Made by a program: the position numbers and the translations under genes. A stretch of DNA of 64,000 bases from a virus (taxonomy: Duplodnaviria; Caudoviricetes). Of the stretch, positions 1-9,172 are shown piece after piece (the stretch's first letter is position 1; each line of letters begins with the position of its first letter). The notes under the pieces are model-generated. The model saw only the letters and a list, made by a program, of their open reading frames with translations. It did no database searches and was not told the DNA's origin. The stretch spans positions 930 to 64,929 of the IMG/VR virus record IMGVR_UViG_2827231811_000003, one strand, 5' to 3'.

Positions 1-213
1 GGCGACGGCACCGCGGTGTCGCCGGCCTACACCACCACCGGCGAGAAGACCATCACGTTCACCCCGGCCAACGGGGCAGAACCGGTCACCGCGACGTTCA
101 CGCCGACCCTGGGCGGGGCACAGTCGCTCTCCACCGCATCCGGGTCGACCAGCAGCACGTCCGGCACCTCCGGAACCTCCGGCACGTCCGACAGCGGTGA
201 CACGAGCGCGTGA
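1..213 (+). CDS. 3' end of probable major tail protein (partial)
   Basis: Frame 1 is open from base 1 to TGA 211-213, overlapping the next GTG; T/S/G-rich tail; lies before the head-tail adaptor. Confidence 0.55.
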   Translation, partial: GDGTAVSPAYTTTGEKTITFTPANGAEPVTATFTPTLGGAQSLSTASGSTSSTSGTSGTSGTSDSGDTSA

Positions 214-1103
214 CCACGCCGCAGGACGCCCAGTGGGTCTCCCTCGCTGACGACTCGTCCAGCGAGGGAGACCTGCCGCGTCCACTGGTCGACGTCGACG
301 GCACGTGGGCGCTGCCCGCATCCGGCGGTTCTGGTCCGTGCCGAACCTGGCCACTCGACCCGTCGTGCGGATGCCTGCCCGACGATCCGGCCTCGTGGGC
401 ACCTGAACACCAGCGCGTCGTCGAGGCGGCCAGCGAGATCCTGTGGCGCCTCACCGCTGGACGGTTCGGCCTCTGCCACGACACCGTGCGCCCGTGCCGA
501 CGGAACTGCCTGCCGGACGACTGCTACGCCCCGCCGGCGACGTCCGGCCTGCTGCTGGGGAGCCGGTGGGTCAACATGGGCTGCGCTCACCAGCAACGCC
601 CGTGCGGCTGCGGCCCGGTCTCCGAGATCGCTCTCCCCGGCCCGGTGCACGTCGACGACGAACACCCGGTCGCCGTCCGCGTCGACGGCGCCCAGCTCGA
701 CCCGACGGTGTTCCGCCTGGTTGACGGCAACCGGCTGATCCGCGTCGACGGGCAGAAGTGGCCCGACTGCCAGGACTTCACCGCCGACCTGGACGAGCCC
801 GGTGCGTTCGGCATCGACTACTGGCGCGGCAACCCGGTGCCGCCCGGCGGTCGCCGCGCCGTCGCACTGCTCGCCTGCGAGCTGTGGAAAGCCTGCAACG
901 GGCTCGAATGCCAGCTGCCGAACCGCGTCGAACAGGTGCAGCGCGAGGGCGTCACGATGACGATGGTCAACTCGCAGGAGTTCCTGGAGCGCGGCCGCGT
1001 CGGCATCACCGAGGCCGACATGTGGCTGTCGTCGGTGAACCCGAGCGGGCTGCGCCAGCCGCCCGCCGTGTACAGCCCGGACCTGCCATCCGTCCGGTGG
1101 TGA
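210..1103 (+). CDS. Head-to-tail adaptor (actinophage cluster-B-like)
   Basis: Cys-rich; AASEILWRLTAGRFG and ALLACELWKAC..LPNRVEQVQREGV motifs as I recall them for this family. Confidence 0.7.
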   Translation: MTTPQDAQWVSLADDSSSEGDLPRPLVDVDGTWALPASGGSGPCRTWPLDPSCGCLPDDPASWAPEHQRVVEAASEILWRLTAGRFGLCHDTVRPCRRNCLPDDCYAPPATSGLLLGSRWVNMGCAHQQRPCGCGPVSEIALPGPVHVDDEHPVAVRVDGAQLDPTVFRLVDGNRLIRVDGQKWPDCQDFTADLDEPGAFGIDYWRGNPVPPGGRRAVALLACELWKACNGLECQLPNRVEQVQREGVTMTMVNSQEFLERGRVGITEADMWLSSVNPSGLRQPPAVYSPDLPSVRW

Positions 1104-1110
1104 CCCGGCG

Positions 1111-1608
1111 ATGGCCTGCGACGACCTGATCCTGCCGCTGCTCGAGGAGCTGCGGACCTGCGCGGCGTCCCAGTTCGGACGCTGTCGCCGCCCCGTGTGC
1201 CGCTTCGACCTGTACTTCTCCGACCACCCCGCGCCGGCCGACGGCTGCGACTGCACGTGCGAACCCGACGGCCAGGGCGTGGCCTGGATCAGGCTCGTCG
1301 CGATCGAGCCCGACCCGAGCCCCGTCCCGTCGCCGTGCGCCGGCGGCTCGACGACCGCGGTCGTCGAGATCGGCGTGCACCGGTGCGCCCCGACCACCGA
1401 AAACCCGGATCAGCCGTGGGTGCCCGGCATGTACGACGACGTGCACGCGCTCCGCCGCACACCGCTGTGCTGCACAGCCCTCGAAGACACGAGGTGGCAG
1501 GTGCAGACCGTGCAACCGATCGGCCCGTCCGGCGGCTGCGTCGGCGCGGCCATCCAGCTAGGCATCCGGCTGATCGACTGCGGATGCCCCGAGGAGGCCG
1601 CGCTGTGA
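1111..1608 (+). CDS. Putative tail terminator / neck protein
   Basis: Cys-rich 165 aa ORF coupled to the adaptor; VEIGVHRCAP motif. Confidence 0.5.
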   Translation: MACDDLILPLLEELRTCAASQFGRCRRPVCRFDLYFSDHPAPADGCDCTCEPDGQGVAWIRLVAIEPDPSPVPSPCAGGSTTAVVEIGVHRCAPTTENPDQPWVPGMYDDVHALRRTPLCCTALEDTRWQVQTVQPIGPSGGCVGAAIQLGIRLIDCGCPEEAAL

Positions 1609-2093
1609 CAAGTGGGACGCATCGGCTGGTCACGCTGAAATCGCGGCTGCTCAGCCCGGACGGGACACCGGTGGTGGGGGAGCAGGTCACCGCCACGCTC
1701 ATGTCTCGCCCGTCGTGGATCGTGTCGCCGTCCCGCGGCCGCGCGATCGGCTCGGTCACCGTGCACAGCGACGTCAACGGCTACTGGCGCATGTCGCTGC
1801 TGCCGCACACCGAGTTCGAGATCGGCGAGTCCGGCCCGTACGTCTGGTACCAGGTCACCGAAGGCGACACCGTGACCTGGTCCGTGCGGTTCGACGACTC
1901 CGACACCGAGGTGTGGCTCAAAGACCGGCTGATCGACACTCCACGGCCGGATCCGCAGTGGACCGCGATCGACACGCTCGCCACGCTGCACGACGTCGCC
2001 CGCGAGGTCGCCGACGCACCCGACGGGTCCGTGCTGGTCAAACGTGACGGCGTCTGGACCGCCGAACCATTGAACGGCGGTGGTGCCTCGTGA
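1605..2093 (+). CDS. Putative virion protein
   Basis: GTGA overlap with the previous gene; beta-rich sequence; start reassigned from 1197. Confidence 0.5.
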   Translation: MTSGTHRLVTLKSRLLSPDGTPVVGEQVTATLMSRPSWIVSPSRGRAIGSVTVHSDVNGYWRMSLLPHTEFEIGESGPYVWYQVTEGDTVTWSVRFDDSDTEVWLKDRLIDTPRPDPQWTAIDTLATLHDVAREVADAPDGSVLVKRDGVWTAEPLNGGGAS

Positions 2094-2293
2094 TCGGCGA
2101 ACACCTGTCCCACGCCCGCCGGTTCGTGCTCGTGGCCGGACAGCACGCCGTCGCCGACGGCGTCGTGTTCCTGGACGGCATGACCGTCGTGTCCTCCCGC
2201 GAGCACTACGGCGTGACCATGTTCCCCGACGGCGTCCAGACCATCCCGACCAGCACCGGAACCGAGATCCACTACGTCGACCCGGAACGATAG
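2090..2293 (+). CDS. Hypothetical protein
   Basis: GTGA-coupled 67 aa ORF in operon. Confidence 0.5.
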   Translation: MIGEHLSHARRFVLVAGQHAVADGVVFLDGMTVVSSREHYGVTMFPDGVQTIPTSTGTEIHYVDPER

Positions 2294-2301
2294 GAGGACC
2301 C

Positions 2302-2592
2302 GTGTCCCACACGCCCGCGATCGCCGACGAGGTCATCTACCTGACTTTCCAGGGTGACCAGCGCCGCGCCGTCGTCATCGGCCTCAACGCCGTCGAGAGC
2401 GAACTGACCCTCGCCGTGCTGAAATCGTCGAATCCGGACCAGTTCGACTACGTCAGCATCTTCGCGCCGCACGACCCGTCCGGCGGCGACCGCGGCACCT
2501 GGCGGTATCCGAGCATCCCCGACCAGGAACCCGCGCCCGTCGACGAGCCGGTGGCCGCCGCTCCCCAGCAGCCTTCACCGGTGCCGCGATGA
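2302..2592 (+). CDS. Hypothetical phage protein (GTWRYP motif)
   Basis: AGGAGG Shine-Dalgarno before GTG 2302. Confidence 0.55.
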   Translation: MSHTPAIADEVIYLTFQGDQRRAVVIGLNAVESELTLAVLKSSNPDQFDYVSIFAPHDPSGGDRGTWRYPSIPDQEPAPVDEPVAAAPQQPSPVPR

Positions 2593-2906
2593 CCGCCCGC
2601 ATCACCATCAACGAAGCGCAGCTCAAACGGCTCGTGACCAGCTCCTCCGGGCCGATCGTGACGAAGGTCAACACGCTCACCCGGCGAACCGCGAACATGG
2701 CCCGCACGCTGTGCCCGGTCGACACCGGATTGCTGCGCGCGTCGATCAACGAGAACGTCGCTGTGCAGGGGCTGACCATCGTGGGAACAGTGTCTGCCGA
2801 GACGAACTACGCGACCTACGTCCACGAAGGGGTCCGTGGCCGCCGCGGTCGCCCGTTCCTCTCCGACGCGCTCAAACGGGTCTCGCCCTGGCCTGTGACC
2901 AGGTAA
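2589..2906 (+). CDS. HK97 gp10-like tail-completion protein
   Basis: CPVDTGLLRASI, YATYVHEG and GRPFLSDAL motifs. Confidence 0.75.
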   Translation: MTARITINEAQLKRLVTSSSGPIVTKVNTLTRRTANMARTLCPVDTGLLRASINENVAVQGLTIVGTVSAETNYATYVHEGVRGRRGRPFLSDALKRVSPWPVTR

Positions 2907-2946
2907 GAACTACCGCAGCGCCGCGGCCGGGTGTCACACTGGCCGC

Positions 2947-3261
2947 GTGCAGACCGAACGTGAGCTCACATCGAGCTGGCTGGGATGGCTCAGCCAGCGG
3001 TGTCGCACGCGCTTCGAGGGCAAGCAGATGCGGATCCGGCGCGGCGCCACCGTGCACCACGTCGACTGGATCGACGGGCTCGGCGGACTGCGGTTTCCCC
3101 AGCCTGGTTGTCACATCGGCACTGCTGGGTTCGACCTGGAGATCTACGTGCCGACCGACGAGCCCGTCACCTGCAACCGGTGCCTCCGCCGCAGCGGCGA
3201 GCGGAGTTCCCCACTGCACGCCGCGGAGATCCCCGGTCAACTCGCACTCGACCTGCCCTAA
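2947..3261 (+). CDS. Hypothetical protein, possible Zn-binding
   Basis: ORF with CH and CxxC (VTCNRC). Confidence 0.4.
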   Translation: MQTERELTSSWLGWLSQRCRTRFEGKQMRIRRGATVHHVDWIDGLGGLRFPQPGCHIGTAGFDLEIYVPTDEPVTCNRCLRRSGERSSPLHAAEIPGQLALDLP

Positions 3262-3280
3262 GGCTCGTCGGAGCCCCTGA

Positions 3281-3436
3281 TCAGAACGGCAAGTCGTGGT
3301 CTGGCTCGTGACGGTGGTCCCGCGCCGCTCGAGCCAGCCACTCAGCCGCGCGCACCCGTGCCTCCGGGTCCAGCACGCTGACCCGCTTCCACAAGTCCTT
3401 CATGACCTCGATCTCCAGGTCGCCCATGCTCGTCAC
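3281..3436 (-). CDS. Small hypothetical protein
   Basis: GGAGGG before GTG 3436; helical 51 aa product. Confidence 0.4.
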   Translation of the reverse strand: MTSMGDLEIEVMKDLWKRVSVLDPEARVRAAEWLARAARDHRHEPDHDLPF

Positions 3437-3508
3437 GCTGTCGCACCCCTCCAGTTGGGCGTTCGATGGTGAACCGACATTCGACGCAGGGCGTGCTGTG
3501 CTCCGGGC

Positions 3509-3727
3509 ATGTCCCTGCTGGTGCTCTGGCTCGTCGTCGGACTCGTAGCCGCCGTCCCGGCGTTCGTTACGGTAGCGCTGACCTGGCATGTGCACCGATG
3601 TCGACGGCAGGCCGCCACTCGATGGGAGCGCATCCATGCGCCACTGCCTGCGGGGCCGTTGCCGACGCTCTACACCAACCCCGACCTGCCGCACGATGAT
3701 CCGCGGAGCCTGCCCTTCTGGGGCTGA
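3509..3727 (+). CDS. Small membrane protein
   Basis: Hydrophobic N-terminus LLVLWLVVGLVAAVPAFVTVAL. Confidence 0.4.
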   Translation: MSLLVLWLVVGLVAAVPAFVTVALTWHVHRCRRQAATRWERIHAPLPAGPLPTLYTNPDLPHDDPRSLPFWG

Positions 3728-4090
3728 CTACGCACTCGGGTCATCGGCGGGACGCGGTTCCGCCTCGATTTCTCGTTCCGTCTGCTGCTCTTGGTCGAGC
3801 TGCTTGGCGACGCGACCTACCTCGCGGATCAGCGCCTCGTAGTGCTCCAGCTTCTGCTGGACGCTGTCGAGCTGTTCGGTCAGCTCCTCGTTGCGTTGCC
3901 GTAGCTCGTCGCGTTCGCGAAGGAGGCCGGACTCGGACAGGGCTTCGAGCTGTTCCGGCGGCACGATCGCCATCACGGCATCCCCCCGGTCGGTCAGGAC
4001 GAAGGACCCTCCGCGGATCACGTCGCGCTTCACGTCCGACCTGTTCGTCACGAACTCGGACAATGTCATTTCCGTTGCTGTCGTACGCAT
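3728..4090 (-). CDS. Phd/YefM-like DNA-binding domain plus coiled coil
   Basis: TLSEFVTNRSDVKRDVIRGGSFVLTDRGDAVMAIVPPEQLE matches the Phd pattern; heptad-rich C-terminus. Confidence 0.55.
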   Translation of the reverse strand: MRTTATEMTLSEFVTNRSDVKRDVIRGGSFVLTDRGDAVMAIVPPEQLEALSESGLLRERDELRQRNEELTEQLDSVQQKLEHYEALIREVGRVAKQLDQEQQTEREIEAEPRPADDPSA

Positions 4091-4196
4091 AGGTCAAGAA
4101 TAACGAATCGTTCGACACGATCAACCGAGTCGTGTGTATCGAACGGTAGGGCTGCTACAGTAAGAACATTGGATAAGGTGTCATATCCGATGGGAA

Positions 4197-5381
4197 ATGA
4201 TCTTGGGTGACTCGAATCAACCGGTAGTACTTACAGGCGAAGTCGTGTCGTTCGATACGAACGACACGAACGACGAGTCGGACGTCGTGACTCGACTCGT
4301 GCTCGGATGGCTCCAAACGTTCGAGACGGCCAAGACGCGCAACGCCTATGCGTCAGACATCGGTCTCGAACCTGATGCACGACGGTGGCCCGGCGCCCCG
4401 CGCAACCCGCGCCTGTCGCCGCTCGCGTTCCTGCCGTGGATGCGCGACCGCGGCATCGACCCGCTCACCGTGACGCGCATCGACCTGCTCGCGTGGCTGC
4501 ACGCCCAGTCCGCAGCCGGACGGCCCACTACCACCCGGTCCCGACAGTTCTACAGCGTGTGCAGCCTGTACCGGTTCCTCCGCGGCGAGGGCGTCACCAC
4601 CGTCAACCCGAACGACATGGTGAACACGAAGACGATGAAGCTCACCGGCAAGGGCGGCGCCGAGCGCACGACCCGGCCGCTGACGGTCGCCCAGATCAAG
4701 GCCATGTTCACCGCCGTACGTCTCGACGGCACCGCCCACCGGGAGCGCAACCTCGCGATCCTCGGCGTGCTGTCGGCGACCGGCTGCCGCGCCGCCGAGC
4801 TGGTCGGTCTGGACCTCGACCACTACTGGCGCGAATCACCAGCAGGACCAGGGAAACTGCGCCTGCACCGCAAGGGCGGCAAGTGGCACACGATCACCGT
4901 GCCCGCGTACGAGGCCGACCTGATCGACGCCTACCTGCGGGTGCGCATCGACCCGCAGCAGAGCAACGAGATCGCCCTGCGCGGCGACGTGTCGAACCAG
5001 ACGTCGCCGCGCAGGGCGATGTTCACCACCCGCCGCGGCCAGCGCATGTCGGCGGACGTCATCCAGCCGATGCTCAACCGCATCGCTGCCCTGCCGACCC
5101 CGGACCACTCGAAACAGCTCGTGCGCGAAGCCTTCCGAACGCTGTCGCCTCTCATCGGCTCGATCCACCCGCACCAGTTCCGCCACGCCTACGCCGTCAC
5201 CGCTGCGCGCAACGGCCAGTCCGTCACCCAGATCCAGGCCGACCTGGGCCACGAATCGCTCACCACGACACAGCGGTACCTGTCGCAGGCCGCCGAAGAG
5301 GACGGGTCGGCCGCGCCGACCGTGTCGGCGATCTACCACGCGGGTGAGGAGCTGACGCTCCTGCCGAACGAGCACCCCTGA
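4197..5381 (+). CDS. Tyrosine recombinase (XerC/D-like)
   Basis: TGCRAAEL, HRKGGK, HQFRH and LGH..TTQRY catalytic set; true start may be downstream. Confidence 0.9.
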   Translation: MILGDSNQPVVLTGEVVSFDTNDTNDESDVVTRLVLGWLQTFETAKTRNAYASDIGLEPDARRWPGAPRNPRLSPLAFLPWMRDRGIDPLTVTRIDLLAWLHAQSAAGRPTTTRSRQFYSVCSLYRFLRGEGVTTVNPNDMVNTKTMKLTGKGGAERTTRPLTVAQIKAMFTAVRLDGTAHRERNLAILGVLSATGCRAAELVGLDLDHYWRESPAGPGKLRLHRKGGKWHTITVPAYEADLIDAYLRVRIDPQQSNEIALRGDVSNQTSPRRAMFTTRRGQRMSADVIQPMLNRIAALPTPDHSKQLVREAFRTLSPLIGSIHPHQFRHAYAVTAARNGQSVTQIQADLGHESLTTTQRYLSQAAEEDGSAAPTVSAIYHAGEELTLLPNEHP

Positions 5382-5408
5382 CCTGTCACGATGTGACCTA
5401 CATCCCGG

Positions 5409-5741
5409 ATGACGATGGAGAAGATCATGGACGAGAGGGAACAGCGCCGCCGCCAACGGCGGCTCTTCCGATCCCTGGCCTACATCAGCGACCTTGGCGC
5501 TGAGGAACACCTGCCGATGCTGACCTGGGTAGTCCCTGGCAACGAGGACACGTTGTACGGCTTCCCGAGTTCCGACTGCGCGGCGGACGAGCGGGACAAG
5601 GTGTTCCGCGCCTGGCGAGATGCCCTCGAGGAGGAGTTCCACCCCTACGGGGAGCACACCGTCGACCAAGGCACGTGGCAGACACGACTCCACGGCGATC
5701 TCGTCTACATCGTCGTGCGGAACATGCAGGCGGGAGTATGA
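5409..5741 (+). CDS. Hypothetical protein
   Basis: ORF preceded by the CCCGGATG motif; coupled to the next gene. Confidence 0.55.
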   Translation: MTMEKIMDEREQRRRQRRLFRSLAYISDLGAEEHLPMLTWVVPGNEDTLYGFPSSDCAADERDKVFRAWRDALEEEFHPYGEHTVDQGTWQTRLHGDLVYIVVRNMQAGV

Positions 5742-6028
5742 GTAGCACCAGCAACAACGGCGAGTCCGACATCTGGCGAGAGCTGGCGCTCCAGCTGCGC
5801 ACCACGCTGAGTCACATGGGCGTGGACATGGACCCGTGCGGCCCCGGCGAGCCGTACGACTGCGGTGAATCGTTCGGAATGCACTGCCTGTCCTACCTCG
5901 CCGCGATTCAGGCGCGAGCTGAGAACCACATCCAGCACATTCACCACGGGGACCCCGATGGTGTGGAGCAGGCGAACAGGCTTCTCGACCACTGGCGCTC
6001 GGTGTTCGCCGAGGAAGACGACCACTGA
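5738..6028 (+). CDS. Hypothetical protein
   Basis: GGAG SD and ATGA overlap. Confidence 0.55.
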   Translation: MSSTSNNGESDIWRELALQLRTTLSHMGVDMDPCGPGEPYDCGESFGMHCLSYLAAIQARAENHIQHIHHGDPDGVEQANRLLDHWRSVFAEEDDH

Positions 6029-6215
6029 GCCGTCATCAGCAGTGGTCGACAGCCTGGCCGTCCGGTACTGTCGGCTCCAGTTCTCCACTTACGTGGAGGT
6101 GAGCCGAGTTGGACGAAGTGCTGACCGGCTTTGTTCCTCAGCTCTCCACAGTCGTGGAGGTGTGAAGGCCCCGGACGTATCGGACGTCCGGGGCCTCGCT
6201 GCTTTCGAGGACGGT

Positions 6216-6497
6216 TCAGGACGGAGGCGTCGGTTCGATGTTCGAGCGGCGACCATCCATCGCGAGCGCACGTTCGTAGTGGTGCGCCGCAGCATCCCGC
6301 AATGCCTCGGTGACCCACGTCGGCAGGCTGTCCTGCCAAGGGCCGTAGTCCTGACGGGCTGGGTGGAGCTGCTGGGCAAGGTCGTACCGGATCGCGATCT
6401 CGGCGTTCGGGTTCAACCCTTCCGACTGTTGCAGCGATTTCCGCAGGTAGTTGATCTGCCGTATCCACGCGTCCGGGGCGGCGAGTTCGTCACTCAT
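6216..6497 (-). CDS. Hypothetical protein
   Basis: 93 aa ORF with natural-looking composition. Confidence 0.45.
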   Translation of the reverse strand: MSDELAAPDAWIRQINYLRKSLQQSEGLNPNAEIAIRYDLAQQLHPARQDYGPWQDSLPTWVTEALRDAAAHHYERALAMDGRRSNIEPTPPS

Positions 6498-6601
6498 GCC
6501 CGCGCACCATAGTCCGGCCCTGATCGAACTCCTGGGGTAGACCTCCCGCGAAGGTGGGGGCGTTCTGCGACGATCGTCCTCACCAACGAACAGGGGTACC
6601 G

Positions 6602-7477
6602 ATGCTGCGGATCACGACCGCAAATCTGCGGGATATCTACGATCCCGATCGTCCGGACGAGGAGCGCTGGGCGCGCGTCGAGGCCATGCTCGACACGATT
6701 CAGCCCGATGTGCTGGCCGTGCAGGAACTGATCGCCCGCGAGCCGGACAAGCGCGACGGCGCTGCGGACGCGCTGCGGAAGCTCGGCTCGGCACTGGGAA
6801 TGTCGTGCGAGGTCGACGGTGAGCCCGTGGTCGCGGTCGGTGGCGGAATCCATCACGTCGCAGTCCTGTGGCGTAGCGATCGGATCAGTGCCGTGCCCGG
6901 CACGGTGCAGCGGCTGGAGCGGTCTCCGGCCGGCATGTGGCACTCCTGCGTGGCCGTCGATCTCGACGTCAACGGCCACGCGATCAGGATTGGCTCTACC
7001 CACCTGTCGCCGTTCGACGGGCTCTCGCGGGCACAGGACGCACGTCAGGTGCACCGGGCGATGGCCCGGACGGCGGGGCCGTGCGGCCTGGTCGGAGGCG
7101 ACTGGAACAGCCTCAGTAGCGACGTGCAGTTCGACCCGGATCCGTATGCGCCGGCGATCGAGGCTGGCAGAACATGGGATCCGGATTGGGCGTACCAGTA
7201 CCGCGCCGACGGTGAGCTGGATCGGGACGCAGCGCGGTGGCTCGAAGGGCCGGGCGGAATGCGGGACTGCGTCATGCTCGCCGGGGGCGATTGGGCGCCG
7301 ACGGTGGGGCACGTGCCGGACGCGCATCCTCCGCGCCGCATCGATCGCTGGCTCGCTACCCCGGCGATGCCCGCCGCGGCGATCACCGATGTGCAGGTCG
7401 CCCCGCTCGATCTCGTGGGCGACGCATCGGATCACCGGCCGGTCGTGGTCACTGTCGACGAGGCACGTCTGCCCTGA
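6602..7477 (+). CDS. Endonuclease/exonuclease/phosphatase (EEP) family protein
   Basis: TANL, PDVLAVQE, GGDWNS, RIDRWL and SDHRPV motifs. Confidence 0.85.
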   Translation: MLRITTANLRDIYDPDRPDEERWARVEAMLDTIQPDVLAVQELIAREPDKRDGAADALRKLGSALGMSCEVDGEPVVAVGGGIHHVAVLWRSDRISAVPGTVQRLERSPAGMWHSCVAVDLDVNGHAIRIGSTHLSPFDGLSRAQDARQVHRAMARTAGPCGLVGGDWNSLSSDVQFDPDPYAPAIEAGRTWDPDWAYQYRADGELDRDAARWLEGPGGMRDCVMLAGGDWAPTVGHVPDAHPPRRIDRWLATPAMPAAAITDVQVAPLDLVGDASDHRPVVVTVDEARLP

Positions 7478-7486
7478 CCACGGTAG

Positions 7487-7906
7487 TTAGTTGCTCTCGC
7501 CGAAGTGCGCGGAGATCCAGGCGTCGGACGGTCGGGCGAGCCCACCGGTGGGGTCCCACGCGTCGTGGGTAACCACGCATCCGAGTCGACTTGCGAACTC
7601 GTCGAGGTTGTTAGCCCAGGGTGAGGGTAAGGCGGTCCAGACGCTGCCGTCGTCGCGGCGGTCGCCGATGCCTGCGGTGGCCAGCCATTCGACGAGCATC
7701 CACGCGGCCCCGCTGCGCGGATCGCGCGAGCTCTGGCTGTCCTCGAGGTCGGCGACCGGTGAGGCCACCGTCACCCGCCACCATCGATCCCTGGAATAGG
7801 CCGGAATCCAGGCCGGTGGGCGGCCGTTGATCCAGCCGATCTGCTTGTCGAGCGCGCTGCGCAGCACGGACAGCAGATCCGCACCGGGCTCGTTGCGAGT
7901 GGTCAT
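7487..7906 (-). CDS. Hypothetical protein
   Basis: ATG 7906 overlaps the upstream stop; Trp-rich 139 aa. Confidence 0.5.
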   Translation of the reverse strand: MTTRNEPGADLLSVLRSALDKQIGWINGRPPAWIPAYSRDRWWRVTVASPVADLEDSQSSRDPRSGAAWMLVEWLATAGIGDRRDDGSVWTALPSPWANNLDEFASRLGCVVTHDAWDPTGGLARPSDAWISAHFGESN

Positions 7907-8118
7907 AGGTGCAGATCTCCCTGTACATCGCCGACGTGGGTCACCGACCCGACCGAGCCGGAAACGGTGGTGTGGAACGTGGGGTTGTCGAGGCCCCGCT
8001 GGATCAGGTGGAGCAGCGCCTCGTCGCGGGTCAGTTCGTGCTGGTCGGCCCACTGGTCGACGGCGGCCAGCAGGGCGGCGTCCGGATGGATCGTCACGGG
8101 CGTGGTGTCCTCGTTCAT
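7903..8118 (-). CDS. Putative ribbon-helix-helix DNA-binding protein
   Basis: VTIHPDAALLAAVDQWADQHELTRDEALLHLIQRGL fits the RHH pattern. Confidence 0.5.
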   Translation of the reverse strand: MNEDTTPVTIHPDAALLAAVDQWADQHELTRDEALLHLIQRGLDNPTFHTTVSGSVGSVTHVGDVQGDLHL

Positions 8119-8158
8119 GGCGGCATCGTCGCACGTCGCCCGGCGAGTTCGGGCGTCG

Positions 8159-8530
8159 CTACTGGCTGTCGATCCAGCGTTGCATCTCGCGGCCGGTGAC
8201 CGCGCGTCCACTCGGCAACGTCACGACGCTGTCGGGGTCGAACTCGCTGTTGGCCAGGATGCGCATGGCCACGGCGTCCGCGGTAGTGATCTCGTAGCCG
8301 TGCAGCGTGTCCTGCGGCGGCTCGACCAGCTCGGCGTCGGTCGCGTCGTCCGTATCTCTATCGCGCTCTCGTCTGCGGTGGGCGTCATCGGCATCGAGGA
8401 GGAGATCTCGGGTGACGGGGTTCGCGGTGGCGAGATTCCCACCGCCCGCGGTGAAGATCTCACTTGGTGACCGGGTACGAGATGAGGGATCGGCGGTTCG
8501 GCGGCGGAACATCCGCAGCGGATTGCGCAT
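8159..8530 (-). CDS. Hypothetical protein
   Basis: 123 aa ORF heading a three-gene leftward unit. Confidence 0.5.
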   Translation of the reverse strand: MRNPLRMFRRRTADPSSRTRSPSEIFTAGGGNLATANPVTRDLLLDADDAHRRRERDRDTDDATDAELVEPPQDTLHGYEITTADAVAMRILANSEFDPDSVVTLPSGRAVTGREMQRWIDSQ

Positions 8531-8571
8531 GGAACGTCCTTGCCGGTCGGCGACGTAGGTGTCATAGCTGG

Positions 8572-8621
8572 CCGGGGGCGCGGTTCAACATGTGATCATT
8601 ACGGAGGGACCGCGCCCCCGG
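8572..8621. terminator. Stem-loop downstream of the tail/lysis operon
   Basis: Perfect 13 bp IR CCGGGGGCGCGGT (8572-8584) / ACCGCGCCCCCGG (8609-8621). Confidence 0.5.
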
Positions 8622-8674
8622 TAGCCGTGATCGTCGCATGGCCTGCCGACCCCAACCACGAACACCACCCGAGT

Positions 8675-9151
8675 TCACTCCTCCCGGTTGGTGGTCTCGT
8701 CCTCACGGTCAGCGGTGGTAGTGGCTTGTTCGGCACGTCGAGCGGCTTCGTGCGCCGCGTCGGAACGCAGCATCGTCAGCACCGCCGTGACCCCGGTACC
8801 GGCGAGCACGATCACCCCGCCGAGCGCGGTCTTCACCAGCTCGATGGGTTCGGTCACCGTCACCAGCACCACCATGGCGCCAATGGAGATGGCGAACAGC
8901 CCGGCCACGATGAGTACGCCCGTGCGCTGCCGTGCGGAGTTTCTCCCGTCCTGGCGGGACGGTTTCATCGTGTTCAGCAGAGCGGCGATGCCGCTGGTCA
9001 CCAGGATGACGATGATGGACAGGACGACCGCGCTGCCGGGGCCGATCACCCCCACGCCGAGCAGGATCAGCGCGGTGGTGACCGCGGCGAAACACGTCCC
9101 GAGCAGCCCCAGGCCGCTGCGCTGCTTCGTGTTCTCGCTCATGCGAGGCAT
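8675..9151 (-). CDS. Multi-pass membrane protein
   Basis: About four hydrophobic segments; last gene of the tail/lysis block. Confidence 0.6.
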   Translation of the reverse strand: MPRMSENTKQRSGLGLLGTCFAAVTTALILLGVGVIGPGSAVVLSIIVILVTSGIAALLNTMKPSRQDGRNSARQRTGVLIVAGLFAISIGAMVVLVTVTEPIELVKTALGGVIVLAGTGVTAVLTMLRSDAAHEAARRAEQATTTADREDETTNREE

Positions 9152-9172
9152 GGATTCCGTTCTCCTCGCAGG

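Noticed and set aside
150-200. 9-bp tandem repeat (TSG)n
   Set aside because: Ordinary low-complexity linker at the end of a structural protein
3728-4090. Complete type II toxin-antitoxin module
   Set aside because: No recognisable toxin gene adjacent
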